Virus record (IMG/VR): IMGVR_UViG_3300045988_176028 | Strand: one strand, 5' to 3' | From: a virus | Length of the DNA: 64,000 nucleotides | Shown: positions 17,098 to 26,369 of the stretch, piece after piece | Layout of the letters: each line of letters starts with the position of its first letter | Numbering within the stretch: the first letter of the stretch is position 1 | Program-made: the position numbers and the translations under genes | The notes under the pieces: generated by a model | What the model was told of the DNA's origin: nothing | What the model saw: only the letters and a program-made list of their open reading frames with translations | Databases searched by the model: none

Positions 17098-18030
17098 TTA
17101 GAAGGAGAAAGCGGGGACAACGGAGTAGCGATAGTCGGCACTGCTGATGCAGCTGGGGTCGCCGCCCGAGTCCACTCGGAGGAAATCGCTGTTGTAGTCC
17201 GGGTTGGGCGAACGCTCCCACCAAAAGTTGTAGTTAGCACCAAGAGGAGTGGAACCGGAAACGGTCTTGTAGATGCCGGAGAGAATGCTATTACCCGACC
17301 GGTTATTTGTCACCTTACCGTGGAAATACTCGTATTGGCTTCCCTCCTGATTCAACGCTTGGAAACCACCAGAGGTCTTCCAACCATCGTATAAGGTTGG
17401 TACGAGTTCACGGTAGGAGACGAGCCATACTTTGTCTGCCGTGGCTGACGCGCTTGAACCGACTGTGCTTCCGTAGGCCATGTTGTTGGTTTGTTTCAGC
17501 ACGGTTGTGACGTTGTTTTGGAAGTCGGTTGGGAATTGGTTCCAGATTTCACCATTGTTCATCTGATTGCGGAGAAGACTGTCACGCCAGCCGCCATTAT
17601 TGGTGTGACTATTGTTCATGGCATACGCTTTCGGTAACGCGTTCCAAGCCATGAACGTCAATCCTGCTTTTCGTCCACTTCCGTCGGTTTTGTCGTCGTG
17701 GAGGATGCCGATGAGTCGGAATGGGAGGTTCGAGCCGTCTGATAGGGTGAGCGTGCCTTTGACCCCGTCGGTCAGGTTCTTTTCCATTGCGGCATAGTAT
17801 GTGCTTCCTTTGCCTTTCTCGCTTAAATCGTCGGCAATCTGTTTCAATCCCGCCGCGTTATAGCCCGCGTAGCAAACCTTGTCCACGCCAGTATTGCATT
17901 TGGCTGGTTCGGCGGCTATTGCACTACCGGTGAGGAAGCCGCCGCAGACCGCGCTCATGATGGCGAGGGTGGCGAGGAGCCGCCGAACCATGTGACGGCT
18001 CCCGTGTGATTGTGTGGCGTGTTCGCCCAT
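17098..18030 (-). CDS. DGR target: secreted protein with variable C-terminal ligand-binding (C-type-lectin-fold-like) domain
   Basis: Trimmed to the ATG at 18030 (RBS AAGGAA, 12 nt after the adhesin stop). Signal-peptide-like MVRRLLATLAIMSAVCGGFLTGSAIAAEP. The VR covers roughly the last 55 codons (...NFWWERSPNPDYNSDFLRVDSGGDPSCISSADYRYSVVPAFSF). Confidence 0.8.
   Translation of the reverse strand: MGEHATQSHGSRHMVRRLLATLAIMSAVCGGFLTGSAIAAEPAKCNTGVDKVCYAGYNAAGLKQIADDLSEKGKGSTYYAAMEKNLTDGVKGTLTLSDGSNLPFRLIGILHDDKTDGSGRKAGLTFMAWNALPKAYAMNNSHTNNGGWRDSLLRNQMNNGEIWNQFPTDFQNNVTTVLKQTNNMAYGSTVGSSASATADKVWLVSYRELVPTLYDGWKTSGGFQALNQEGSQYEYFHGKVTNNRSGNSILSGIYKTVSGSTPLGANYNFWWERSPNPDYNSDFLRVDSGGDPSCISSADYRYSVVPAFSF
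17112..17265 (-). repeat. DGR variable repeat (VR)
   Basis: Differs from the TR at 17 positions by hand alignment. All are T in the TR on the plus strand, i.e. A on the coding strand. The VR ends 12 nt before the stop codon. Confidence 0.9.
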
Positions 18031-18041
18031 TCTTGTTCCTT

Positions 18042-21000
18042 TCACTGTTCTTCCTTCTTTCGTAGGAGGATGATTGCCGCGACGAGTCCGCTGATGCTGA
18101 CGAGCATGAGGAGCGGCAACAGCAATCCCATGCCCGTGTGCGGCATGGTCGCCAACCATGTTTCAGGCAGGACACCCGCATCCACATGCTCCTTGGTTGG
18201 AGCATCTTGGGTGAGGGTGATGGTCAGCTTGTTGGCTTCATCCGTGTAAGCATCCGAATCAGTGGAGCTTCCATCCGTCGCAGGAGTCTTGTCTCCCACA
18301 TCCGGCGTGGTGAAGTCCCGGTGGTTCACTTTGGTGAATTGGATACGGTATTTGTTGCCGTTCGCGTCCAGACGTTCGAAAATGTACTTGCCATCCTTGT
18401 CGGTCTTGGTGGTTGCCAACTGTTTGCCGTTCTCGTCAGTCAGAATGACCGTCTGACCGGCGAAATGCGTGTTCTCACCTTCATCTTGAATGCCGTTCTT
18501 GTTGGTATCCTCCCAATACAGGCCGCTGATGGAACCGAGTTTCTTCGCGGTGGTGGTTGGTGTGATGATGGTGCCGACTTGGTCGCAGGAGTCCTCATCG
18601 GACGTGCTGAACCAGTGTTGGCGTCCTTCCTCCGTATAGTCGGTGTCGGTGCGGCATGTCGGATTGCCGGTCACGTCATTCGTGTTCGTATCCAGTTTGG
18701 ATGCGTTCGGAGGGTCCGGCTTGGTTTTGCCGCTTGCATGTGGCGTGCCTGAGTATGGCGTGTGTTCGGAGGTGAACCATGCTTGGTTGAGAATGGTCTT
18801 CGTATTCTTCTTGACCCACTCGTCTTTCTCAGTTGGAGACCACTTGGTAGTATCCGCAGTTTCACGGTCAACGGTGCCAGTGAAATGGTAGATGACATAG
18901 CCGCCCGACTCAATCGCATACGGCAGATTGTACGTGCGGGTCGTCAACCCCTTCTCCGTGGACTCGCTCAACGGTTCGACCGGTACGGCGGTCGGGTCGG
19001 ACGATACGACCATTCCCTTCAAACCGGTGGAACGTGCGCCACCCGTCTTGCCGTCACCATACGGGTCGAAGCCCGCAATCATGACCTGCTTGCCGACAAT
19101 GAGCACGTCACGGTCGCCGCCCGCAACGTCGGATGCGGTAATGCCCGTATCGATTGGCGTGGAAACAATATCCGCGTTGCCGCTCGTACTGCCGTTGGTC
19201 CAATACCTGCCTGTACCGGTCTTACCGTTCGCTAATTGGCCGTCACCATTCCAGCCAGCCGCCCACAAGTGTTGGTTCTTGTCGATGGCGTAGAAAGTGT
19301 TGTATCCGCCACCGATACGGGTGATGTACCTCAGATTAGACACATTGGACTGGCCGATACCGCTATCACCTCCGCCGACGAGCACTATCACTGTACCCGC
19401 GTCAGTCAACCCGTAGGCGTTGCCGAATGAGGCGACAACTTGCGTGAAACCAATAGAGAAAAACTCGTCGCCGTCCACCACACAACCGCCGTAGGACGTC
19501 AACGCGACCCACCTGTACGTGCTGGCGCTGACCTGCGTGAACGTTTTACCCGACTGGATTTGCGTCCACGTTGAATACGAGGTGGAACTGACTTTTCCGA
19601 CCACCCACAAGGTGCCGTCACTTGCTATCGCCACAGTGAACTGGTTGCCGCACGCCACGTCAACAAACGTCTTATCTTCTGCGACTAGAGTCCACTGGTC
19701 ACGATTATCCGTATCACCCGTACCCAATTGGCCTTTACCGTTCCAACCAGTCGTGTACAAGTGGCCGTCCGTGCTGATGGCGGCGGAATGCTTGCCACCG
19801 GCGGCGACTTTCAGCCAACTACCGTTGACGATGGTCGGCTTGTTCACGTTCGTTGGGGTAGCGGTATTCGTCGTGTCAGGCTTGAAACCTAATTGACCAT
19901 ACTGGTTGTTACCCCACGCATACAACAAGCCCTCGTTCGTCAACACAAACTTATGGTCGCCACTCGTCGCAACCTGCTTCGCACCACCAGACTCGATAGA
20001 AACCGTACCGGCGGTAGCGGAAACATCATGCACGTCGGCGCTCATACGGTCAGAAACGACACTGGAAGTATCAAAACGACTAGTGCCAGAATTCTGTACT
20101 TTGACATCCCAGTTGATGACGCATTTCGTATCGGTGCAACTGGTGCCGGTGACGGTTTTGTCCACGGTGGCTTTCGGGTCTGGTTTCGCATACCCGTAGT
20201 CCACGTTCTTCTGGTCTGCGCCGATGCCTAGGTGGATGTCGTCGGACGTGTCTTTCGCGTTGGACTTGATTTTGTTCGACCAGCTTCGCGTGTTCGTCAC
20301 GTTTTCGAGCTTGCCATAGTAGGTTTTGACCTGCGTCTGCACGCCATCACCCGTACTGGTGCCAGTGTTGCGTTTCACCGAAGTACGGTAGGTGCCGGAG
20401 TGGAGCAGGTTGAACTCGTAGTAGCCGTCCTTGTCGGTCTTCACCGTTTTGACGGCCTGCCAGCCGCCGCTTGAATCCTGCTTGCCGAGGGTGACTTCCA
20501 CTCCTTCGATACGTTCTTCACTGTCACCGATGAGCGTGTTCTCATCCTTATCCCACCAGACGGTGCCGCTGATGCTACCGGCCACTACCTTCGCCACGTC
20601 AGGCCACGGCTGGTTGCCCGCCGGTTTGTCGGAAGCGTCGGAATAATAGTTACGGCCAAGCCACAGCGTGTACTTGTCGTCTTTCACATTGTCGGATGGG
20701 GTGAGCGTGATGGCGCCGTTCACCGCCGAATAGGACAGTTTATCGTCGGACGCGACGACTGTGCTGGTCAGTCGGATGGCGATGATGTTCTTCTTCTCGA
20801 TGGAGGACAATTCATCCCATGTCTTCCACTCGTAGTCAGCCGGATTATCCGACTTCTTTCCGGTGGTGGTTGAATAGTAGACGGTCGTACTGGTCGAATT
20901 GTCCATATTGACCGTGACGGGCTGGGTCAGTTCGTAGGAGCCATGATAGTTGCTGTATCCACGCTCATATTCGACCAGCTTGTCCTGCACGTACTTCTCA

Positions 21001-23420
21001 TCACCATTCGCAGGAAGCAGTAGCATGCTATCCATGGTGCCGGTATGTCCGCCGCCCTTGCCGTACACGTTGAACTCCCAAGTAAGCGGGTCACTGATTT
21101 CAGCCTTCGTGGTCTTCACACGCATGATGCCACTGTTGGTTTCCGCATTGGAGACAGGGAATGGGACGCTGGGCGTATTGCTTTTGATGGTTTGGGCTTG
21201 CAATGCGCCGTTCTCGTCAACGTCCACGCTCATATTCGCACTGGCGGTCACAGTCCCGGTGGCGAGATTGGATACGATGCCACTGAAATGCAGGTCAGGC
21301 AAAGTGGCCGACCCCATACGGTCTACTTCCGGCGTGACTTTGCCGGAACGTGGCGTGAACACGAGATTATTCCCGTCCACTTTCATCTGCCAGAACGAAT
21401 CATCACAGGTCGGATTGTACAAGCCTTTCGGTTTCGGCACCGTGATGGTCGGCGTCATGCTCGTATTGGACAGGAGAATGGTGCGCAATTGTTCCGTGAC
21501 CGTATAATCCACTCGCATGCCGGGAGTCAAATCGACTGCGCTTCCGGACGGGTGATTGGAACTGTTGTTCGCATACACTTGATTGCCTTCACCATCGTAG
21601 GCTTTTAGACTGATGTCGATACTGGTGGTCGGGTCTACCGGCTTGGCAATCCACACCCAATTGGTGACGCTCGCCTTATCGTCTTCGGTAAGCCATGCGG
21701 TCAGCGTATCCAAAGCTTCCACATTGCCTTTGGACACGTCGGCTATGGCGAGCGTGTTGAACGTGACCTGAACGTTCGGCGCACCCTTTCCCAAAGTCAA
21801 AGTGTCGGGGTTGAACGTCACCCGAATCTTCTTGACGTTCGGAGCGTCTGTGTCGGATGGTTCCCCGTCATGCCAATTGTCTTTGCTATCATCCCATTGA
21901 ACTTTGTAGTCGGAAACCGGAGCGCCGTTCTGGGTGACTTCCAAGCTTCCATCCCACCGCATGCGCGTATTATCCCACTCGTCCTGCATGGTCGGCGTAG
22001 TGTTTTTAAGCTTGTCCGCCGTAACGTTCGCCGCATACATTTCCAAAATGGTTTTGACTTGCGTTCCACGGGACACGGTGTCGCCGGAACCGTCGGAATA
22101 GTAATGGTAGATGTCGGCTTTGCCTTCGGCGGCGTCGAACGTCAGATTCTCCTTGTCGAACATGGTCTTGGACGCAGTGTTAGGACGTTGCAGTCCTTTG
22201 CCGAACAGTGGAATCTTGCCAGCTGGAGTCGGCTTGAGCCGTTGGATGATGGCTCGTGACCAGTCATTATTCGCGTACGGGTAGCCGACGCGGGCACCCG
22301 TATCCTTGTTGTAGGTGCTCTTGTCCCGTCCAATGTTCCAGCCGGGTTCTCCACCTTTGCCCATGTTCAACAGTGCGTCGCCGTTATCGTCTTTGACGCT
22401 GAACACGGTTTCGTCGGGAACAAGGTGGACATCGTAATATTTGACGTCTCCTTCTTTCATGTTTTTGAGCGCGTCGGTTCCGGCGGGAATCCTGTAGCTG
22501 ATTGTCGCCGCCGCACCGTTCTTGCCACTGGATACGGTCAGATACTGTTCTTTATCACTGTTACGGGTAATCCGCTGACCGCCTACAGTCCACACGGTGT
22601 TCTGCGGGAAGTCGGAAATATCCACTTTGGTAGTCCAATCGATGCTGGTGGACGCGCCCTTCGTGGACGAATAACCCGGATAGGTCAACGCGTCGGCACG
22701 AATAGTGAAATCGCCGGTCGCGTCGGTGTTCTGACTCCAATAAGTACGATGCTCATACGAGTATTGGCCTTTCACCGGATTGCCGCCATTGTCAATGACC
22801 AAGTCAGCCGCCGGAGCGGATACTACAGTCAGCTCATCCGTACGATACGTGGTTGACGTTCCACCTTCGCGGGCGACGACGATTTTCGGAATCTGACCCG
22901 GCTTGACCAAGCCTCCCGTGTCTTTTGCTTTCAGATAGAAGGTTTGGGTCATGGTTTCCACGCCACCGGCTGGAACCGTGTAGGAGCAGGAGCCGTCACT
23001 GTTTTTCTTCGCGGTGACGAGTTGTCCCGGCTGGCAGAAGCCACCACCGTCAGCAGTCTGCAAATACGGCGCGTCGTCCAAGTCGAACTTCACGTTGATG
23101 GTACGCTTGCCCGCCGCGTTGAAGTTCAACGTCAATGAATATTCGACCGTATCACCGGATGCGACCACGCCATCGGTAGGGGAATCATCGCCCGTGGCGA
23201 ACCCGTTCTTCGAATTCACGAACGTTTGCGAACTCGTGCCATGCCCCGTACCGTCGGCTTTCTTAACGATTTTCGCAGTAGCATACGCAGGTTTCAACTC
23301 GTCCGCATGCGCTTTTGGAGAGGCTACCGGATTGGTCATGCATGTCAGGCCGGATGCCAGTGTGGCGATTGCGGCCAATAATGCTACCGGATGTGCCACA
23401 TGCTTTTTGAGAATACCCAT
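18042..23420 (-). CDS. giant cell-wall-anchored adhesin (1792 aa) with RCC1-like repeats and SdrD-B/Cna-B-like domains
   Basis: N-terminal signal peptide. RCC1-like repeats (WGNNQYGQLG, GWNGKGQLGTGD, GWNGDGQLANG). Two SdrD-B-like modules (ISGTVWWDKDEN...DKDGYYEF; ISGLYWEDTNKNGIQD...DKDGKYIF). C-terminal MPHTG, a hydrophobic helix and RKKEEQ. Confidence 0.85.
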   Translation of the reverse strand: MGILKKHVAHPVALLAAIATLASGLTCMTNPVASPKAHADELKPAYATAKIVKKADGTGHGTSSQTFVNSKNGFATGDDSPTDGVVASGDTVEYSLTLNFNAAGKRTINVKFDLDDAPYLQTADGGGFCQPGQLVTAKKNSDGSCSYTVPAGGVETMTQTFYLKAKDTGGLVKPGQIPKIVVAREGGTSTTYRTDELTVVSAPAADLVIDNGGNPVKGQYSYEHRTYWSQNTDATGDFTIRADALTYPGYSSTKGASTSIDWTTKVDISDFPQNTVWTVGGQRITRNSDKEQYLTVSSGKNGAAATISYRIPAGTDALKNMKEGDVKYYDVHLVPDETVFSVKDDNGDALLNMGKGGEPGWNIGRDKSTYNKDTGARVGYPYANNDWSRAIIQRLKPTPAGKIPLFGKGLQRPNTASKTMFDKENLTFDAAEGKADIYHYYSDGSGDTVSRGTQVKTILEMYAANVTADKLKNTTPTMQDEWDNTRMRWDGSLEVTQNGAPVSDYKVQWDDSKDNWHDGEPSDTDAPNVKKIRVTFNPDTLTLGKGAPNVQVTFNTLAIADVSKGNVEALDTLTAWLTEDDKASVTNWVWIAKPVDPTTSIDISLKAYDGEGNQVYANNSSNHPSGSAVDLTPGMRVDYTVTEQLRTILLSNTSMTPTITVPKPKGLYNPTCDDSFWQMKVDGNNLVFTPRSGKVTPEVDRMGSATLPDLHFSGIVSNLATGTVTASANMSVDVDENGALQAQTIKSNTPSVPFPVSNAETNSGIMRVKTTKAEISDPLTWEFNVYGKGGGHTGTMDSMLLLPANGDEKYVQDKLVEYERGYSNYHGSYELTQPVTVNMDNSTSTTVYYSTTTGKKSDNPADYEWKTWDELSSIEKKNIIAIRLTSTVVASDDKLSYSAVNGAITLTPSDNVKDDKYTLWLGRNYYSDASDKPAGNQPWPDVAKVVAGSISGTVWWDKDENTLIGDSEERIEGVEVTLGKQDSSGGWQAVKTVKTDKDGYYEFNLLHSGTYRTSVKRNTGTSTGDGVQTQVKTYYGKLENVTNTRSWSNKIKSNAKDTSDDIHLGIGADQKNVDYGYAKPDPKATVDKTVTGTSCTDTKCVINWDVKVQNSGTSRFDTSSVVSDRMSADVHDVSATAGTVSIESGGAKQVATSGDHKFVLTNEGLLYAWGNNQYGQLGFKPDTTNTATPTNVNKPTIVNGSWLKVAAGGKHSAAISTDGHLYTTGWNGKGQLGTGDTDNRDQWTLVAEDKTFVDVACGNQFTVAIASDGTLWVVGKVSSTSYSTWTQIQSGKTFTQVSASTYRWVALTSYGGCVVDGDEFFSIGFTQVVASFGNAYGLTDAGTVIVLVGGGDSGIGQSNVSNLRYITRIGGGYNTFYAIDKNQHLWAAGWNGDGQLANGKTGTGRYWTNGSTSGNADIVSTPIDTGITASDVAGGDRDVLIVGKQVMIAGFDPYGDGKTGGARSTGLKGMVVSSDPTAVPVEPLSESTEKGLTTRTYNLPYAIESGGYVIYHFTGTVDRETADTTKWSPTEKDEWVKKNTKTILNQAWFTSEHTPYSGTPHASGKTKPDPPNASKLDTNTNDVTGNPTCRTDTDYTEEGRQHWFSTSDEDSCDQVGTIITPTTTAKKLGSISGLYWEDTNKNGIQDEGENTHFAGQTVILTDENGKQLATTKTDKDGKYIFERLDANGNKYRIQFTKVNHRDFTTPDVGDKTPATDGSSTDSDAYTDEANKLTITLTQDAPTKEHVDAGVLPETWLATMPHTGMGLLLPLLMLVSISGLVAAIILLRKKEEQ

Positions 23421-24325
23421 TAGTGTTCCTTCTTTGCGTGGTTTTTTCTACGGATGATGAGAATGGTGATGATGATTACCGCAAGCCAGAAGCCGCCGAC
23501 GTACAGCATGAGCCATTGGTTCGTGTGGTCTTTCGGCGCGTTTTCGGGTTTGGGCGCGGGGTGTGGCATGCTGGCGCGCGTGCCGGTCACCAAGAGTCGC
23601 TTGTTGTTGATGCCGTATGGCGTGCAGGTCAATAGTGTGGAGAGGTCTTTTCCGGCGACGATTTTCAGTTTAGAAAAGTCGGATGGGTCTACCACACTAA
23701 TATCCGTGACCTTGTAAGCGAGCATATGTCCGGCGGTTATCAAATAGAAGACGTCTCCCTTTTTGGCTTCACTGCCGAAGCCTCGCAGCTTGTCGAACAT
23801 GAGCTGGTCGGCCAAACCCGTGTGAGCGGATATGACAGTATGCGTGTTCTTGCCACCGACGGGGAGACTGGAACCGTATAAGTGTCCAGCTCCAGCGGCC
23901 AACACATTTTGCGACGTGCCATGCCGGATGGGCAGGTTGATGCCCAAGCGTGGATATTTGATGGTAGCCATGACCCCATCCTTGGGGGTGGATAGTTGCT
24001 TCCGATACGTGTTGTCCGTTTCGGACTTGTTGACGCCCGTCCAAGGGTCTTCCGCCTCACCAAGAATGGGCTGGCCTTCCTCGTATAGGCGTTGATTGTA
24101 GGCTTGCGCGTCCGCATACTCTTGGGCGATTCGTTTCACGTCAGTGTTTTCCACGGCTTGCGCGTGGGAGTCGGTCAACCGGTTGGATTGGCTGCTGTTC
24201 GAAATCATGAGAATGAATGGGATGGTTCCGGACAGGGCGGATAGGATTAGGCAGAGAAGTCCCGCTATGGCTCGATTTCCCAAGCCTTTCGGTTTCGCCG
24301 TATGTTTTCCCAAAACCCCTCCCAT
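23420..24325 (-). CDS. class C (pilus-assembly) sortase
   Basis: Catalytic motifs HTVISAHTG and TLLTCTPYG...R. N-terminal and C-terminal TM helices, as is typical for class C sortases. Confidence 0.88.
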   Translation of the reverse strand: MGGVLGKHTAKPKGLGNRAIAGLLCLILSALSGTIPFILMISNSSQSNRLTDSHAQAVENTDVKRIAQEYADAQAYNQRLYEEGQPILGEAEDPWTGVNKSETDNTYRKQLSTPKDGVMATIKYPRLGINLPIRHGTSQNVLAAGAGHLYGSSLPVGGKNTHTVISAHTGLADQLMFDKLRGFGSEAKKGDVFYLITAGHMLAYKVTDISVVDPSDFSKLKIVAGKDLSTLLTCTPYGINNKRLLVTGTRASMPHPAPKPENAPKDHTNQWLMLYVGGFWLAVIIITILIIRRKNHAKKEH

Positions 24326-24339
24326 GCGGTTATAAAGAA

Positions 24340-24380
24340 TCTAAAAAGTGGCGTGTCGATATTTGGGTTCCCGACACGCC
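24340..24380 (-). terminator. intra-operon terminator/attenuator candidate between pilin and sortase
   Basis: Stem ggcgtgtcg (24350..24358) pairs with cgacacgcc (24372..24380). Followed on the minus strand by ACTTTTTAG. Confidence 0.5.
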
Positions 24381-24459
24381 AAGCGGAACATTTCATGCTT
24401 TTCCAACCGTCAAACGGTCAGAAAAGTTTTCTCATACGGCAGTATTCCAATCTCCAATC

Positions 24460-26190
24460 TCACGCCTTGCGACGAAGCAGCAGGGCGGAAGCGCCAGCCA
24501 ACAGGACGGTCATCACGCCGAAGATGGACAGCCAGACCGCACCGGTCTTCGGCATGTCAGCGATGTTGCGGGCGTTGATGACGGTCACTCCATCGTCACT
24601 GGTCTTGGAGGCCAGATGGTTGGCATCATCCTTGAACTTGGTGAGGGACGAAGTGCTGGTGTTATGGTCTTTGGACTGGGCCACGCCAACGGTCAGAGTG
24701 AACTCCGGCAGAATGCTGCCGCCGAACGGACTCTTGGTTTCAGTCACCGTGTAGGCACCGTACAAGCCCTTCAAGGTGATGACGCCATTGTTCTTATCGG
24801 TGGTGGTGATGTCGGCGCTTGCGGTAGCGGCCTCAGTCGAGTCGGCAACACGATACTCGTTATCACCCACCTTGACGAACTTGACGATATTGCTCTTGGC
24901 ATCCTTGATGTTGAACACGGCACCCGCGAGCGGAGCATTGTTCGTATCGGTCTTGGTCAGAGTGAACTTGCCGACGTACACGTAGTTGGTGTCGCCCGGA
25001 GTCTTCTCATGGTCGGTGACGGTGTTCGGATTATGGGAGTATTCGACCTCGCTCGTGTTGGTGTCAACACCGTCCACGTGGGCGTTCTTGTTCACGGTCA
25101 TGTCATAAGTGACAAGCACTTCCGCATCGACCGGGAACGTGGTCTTGGCGGCGATGATGTCGGAAGAACCATCAGCGGTCGGGGCGAACAGGATATGGAA
25201 CTTGCCCGCCTCGGTCGTCACCTTGTAATCCTTGCCAGCAGTCAAAGCCTTACCACCGACAGTGACATTCACACTATCCGGGTTGAAAGTCAGACCATCC
25301 GAATACGTATCGTTGAGCGCATAATAATAATGGTCGTAGCCAGTCCAAACAGGCACCGCGCCGCCCATCGTGAAAGAGACCTTCTTGCCGATGGAGGTCT
25401 TGGCTACCGCATAATATTTCTTCCCTGCTTGGCGAGCCCCCTCATCCTCATGGTCCTCACCGATTTTCTCATCCACATCACCATTCTCAACAGAGGTGAT
25501 AGCCTTCCTGACTGCGGCGTCATGCACCTTATAGTCCACGGTGCCCAGCGTGTAGGTCTTGTCGCCGTTCTTCAACGTGGTCTTGCCGTCGATGCCGGTG
25601 CCGTTGAACATGACGATGGACGCCTGACCGGCCGTGGTGGTGTCCACGACCGCATACACGCCCGGACGGACTGATGCGGTCATATGCTTGGCGTCGGCGC
25701 CCTTGGCGAACGCGGTGCCCTTGTCGCCGGTGACGGCGGCCTCGTTCTTCAACTGGTCGATGAAGTCACGAAGCTTGCCAGCCCACGGGCTGTTCTCGGA
25801 ATCAAGGAGATTCTGCACGACCCACACCATCGGATTGGACGCATTATAGTCGTATCCGGCAGTCTGGTCTTTCTTGGACTGGGTGTCAATATGGGCTTTA
25901 GTCAGTGCGTCAGCAATGGCAGAAGCCTTGCCCGCGTCAATCAGGTCAAAGCCGGTAATATTAGTACCATCAGTCTGCGCATACGAATAGTAGGCGAGCG
26001 GCACAGCCTTCAACGTGCGATTGCTAATATCACCATTAGCAGCGACGGTCAACGTCTGACGAGCAGCCTCACCAAGCTTGGATGCGTCAACACGAGTATC
26101 AGCCGCCATGGCGGAGCCAACTCCAGCCAAACCCATGGCACCGGCCACAAGCGTGGCGACCGTTGCCTTCAACAGGTTTTTGGTTTTCAC
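24460..26190 (-). CDS. sortase-dependent major pilin (576 aa)
   Basis: Signal peptide MKTKNLLKATVATLVAGAMGLAGVGSAMA. E-box-like YTVTETKSPFGG. C-terminal MPKTG, a hydrophobic helix and RRKA. Confidence 0.8.
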   Translation of the reverse strand: MKTKNLLKATVATLVAGAMGLAGVGSAMAADTRVDASKLGEAARQTLTVAANGDISNRTLKAVPLAYYSYAQTDGTNITGFDLIDAGKASAIADALTKAHIDTQSKKDQTAGYDYNASNPMVWVVQNLLDSENSPWAGKLRDFIDQLKNEAAVTGDKGTAFAKGADAKHMTASVRPGVYAVVDTTTAGQASIVMFNGTGIDGKTTLKNGDKTYTLGTVDYKVHDAAVRKAITSVENGDVDEKIGEDHEDEGARQAGKKYYAVAKTSIGKKVSFTMGGAVPVWTGYDHYYYALNDTYSDGLTFNPDSVNVTVGGKALTAGKDYKVTTEAGKFHILFAPTADGSSDIIAAKTTFPVDAEVLVTYDMTVNKNAHVDGVDTNTSEVEYSHNPNTVTDHEKTPGDTNYVYVGKFTLTKTDTNNAPLAGAVFNIKDAKSNIVKFVKVGDNEYRVADSTEAATASADITTTDKNNGVITLKGLYGAYTVTETKSPFGGSILPEFTLTVGVAQSKDHNTSTSSLTKFKDDANHLASKTSDDGVTVINARNIADMPKTGAVWLSIFGVMTVLLAGASALLLRRKA

Positions 26191-26312
26191 CTTTGTTTTC
26201 CTTTCCTTACTAGACCCGGCGCGCGTTCATTCCTCGAACGGGGTCAATATCGGATTACATTCCTAATATACCGCACGCACCCTCATTAAAAACCTTGAAA
26301 GAATGCTTTCAG

Positions 26313-26351
26313 CCCTTAAAAATAAGGAGGGCATGGCTTCCCATACCCTCC
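26313..26351 (-). terminator. rho-independent terminator after the flotillin gene
   Basis: Stem ggagggcatgg pairs with ccataccctcc (10/11). Followed on the minus strand by TTATTTTTAAG. Confidence 0.6.
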
Positions 26352-26369
26352 AACATATCCCTGAACGGG

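Larger units (their letters stand above)
14890..18030 (-). mobile_element. diversity-generating retroelement cassette (target-VR, avd-like, TR, RT)
   Basis: Canonical gene order together with a TR/VR pair that shows adenine-specific mismatches. See the component features. Confidence 0.88.

Noticed and set aside
24217-25674. Long antisense ORFs opposite real genes. Examples: 24217..25674 (+, 485 aa), 26823..27770 (+), 27789..28637 (+), 41356..42651 (-, 431 aa), 43574..44593 (-), 45178..46008 (-), 46879..47997 (-), 51925..52917 (-), 53933..54775 (-), 8482..9168 upper part, 7300..8040 upper part
   Set aside because: Each lies antisense to, or out of frame with, a gene that has recognisable motifs (pilin, flotillin, DnaB, ATPase, VirB6-like, nuclease). 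They are Arg/Gly/Val/His-rich, as expected for GC-rich antisense frames, and lack an RBS.
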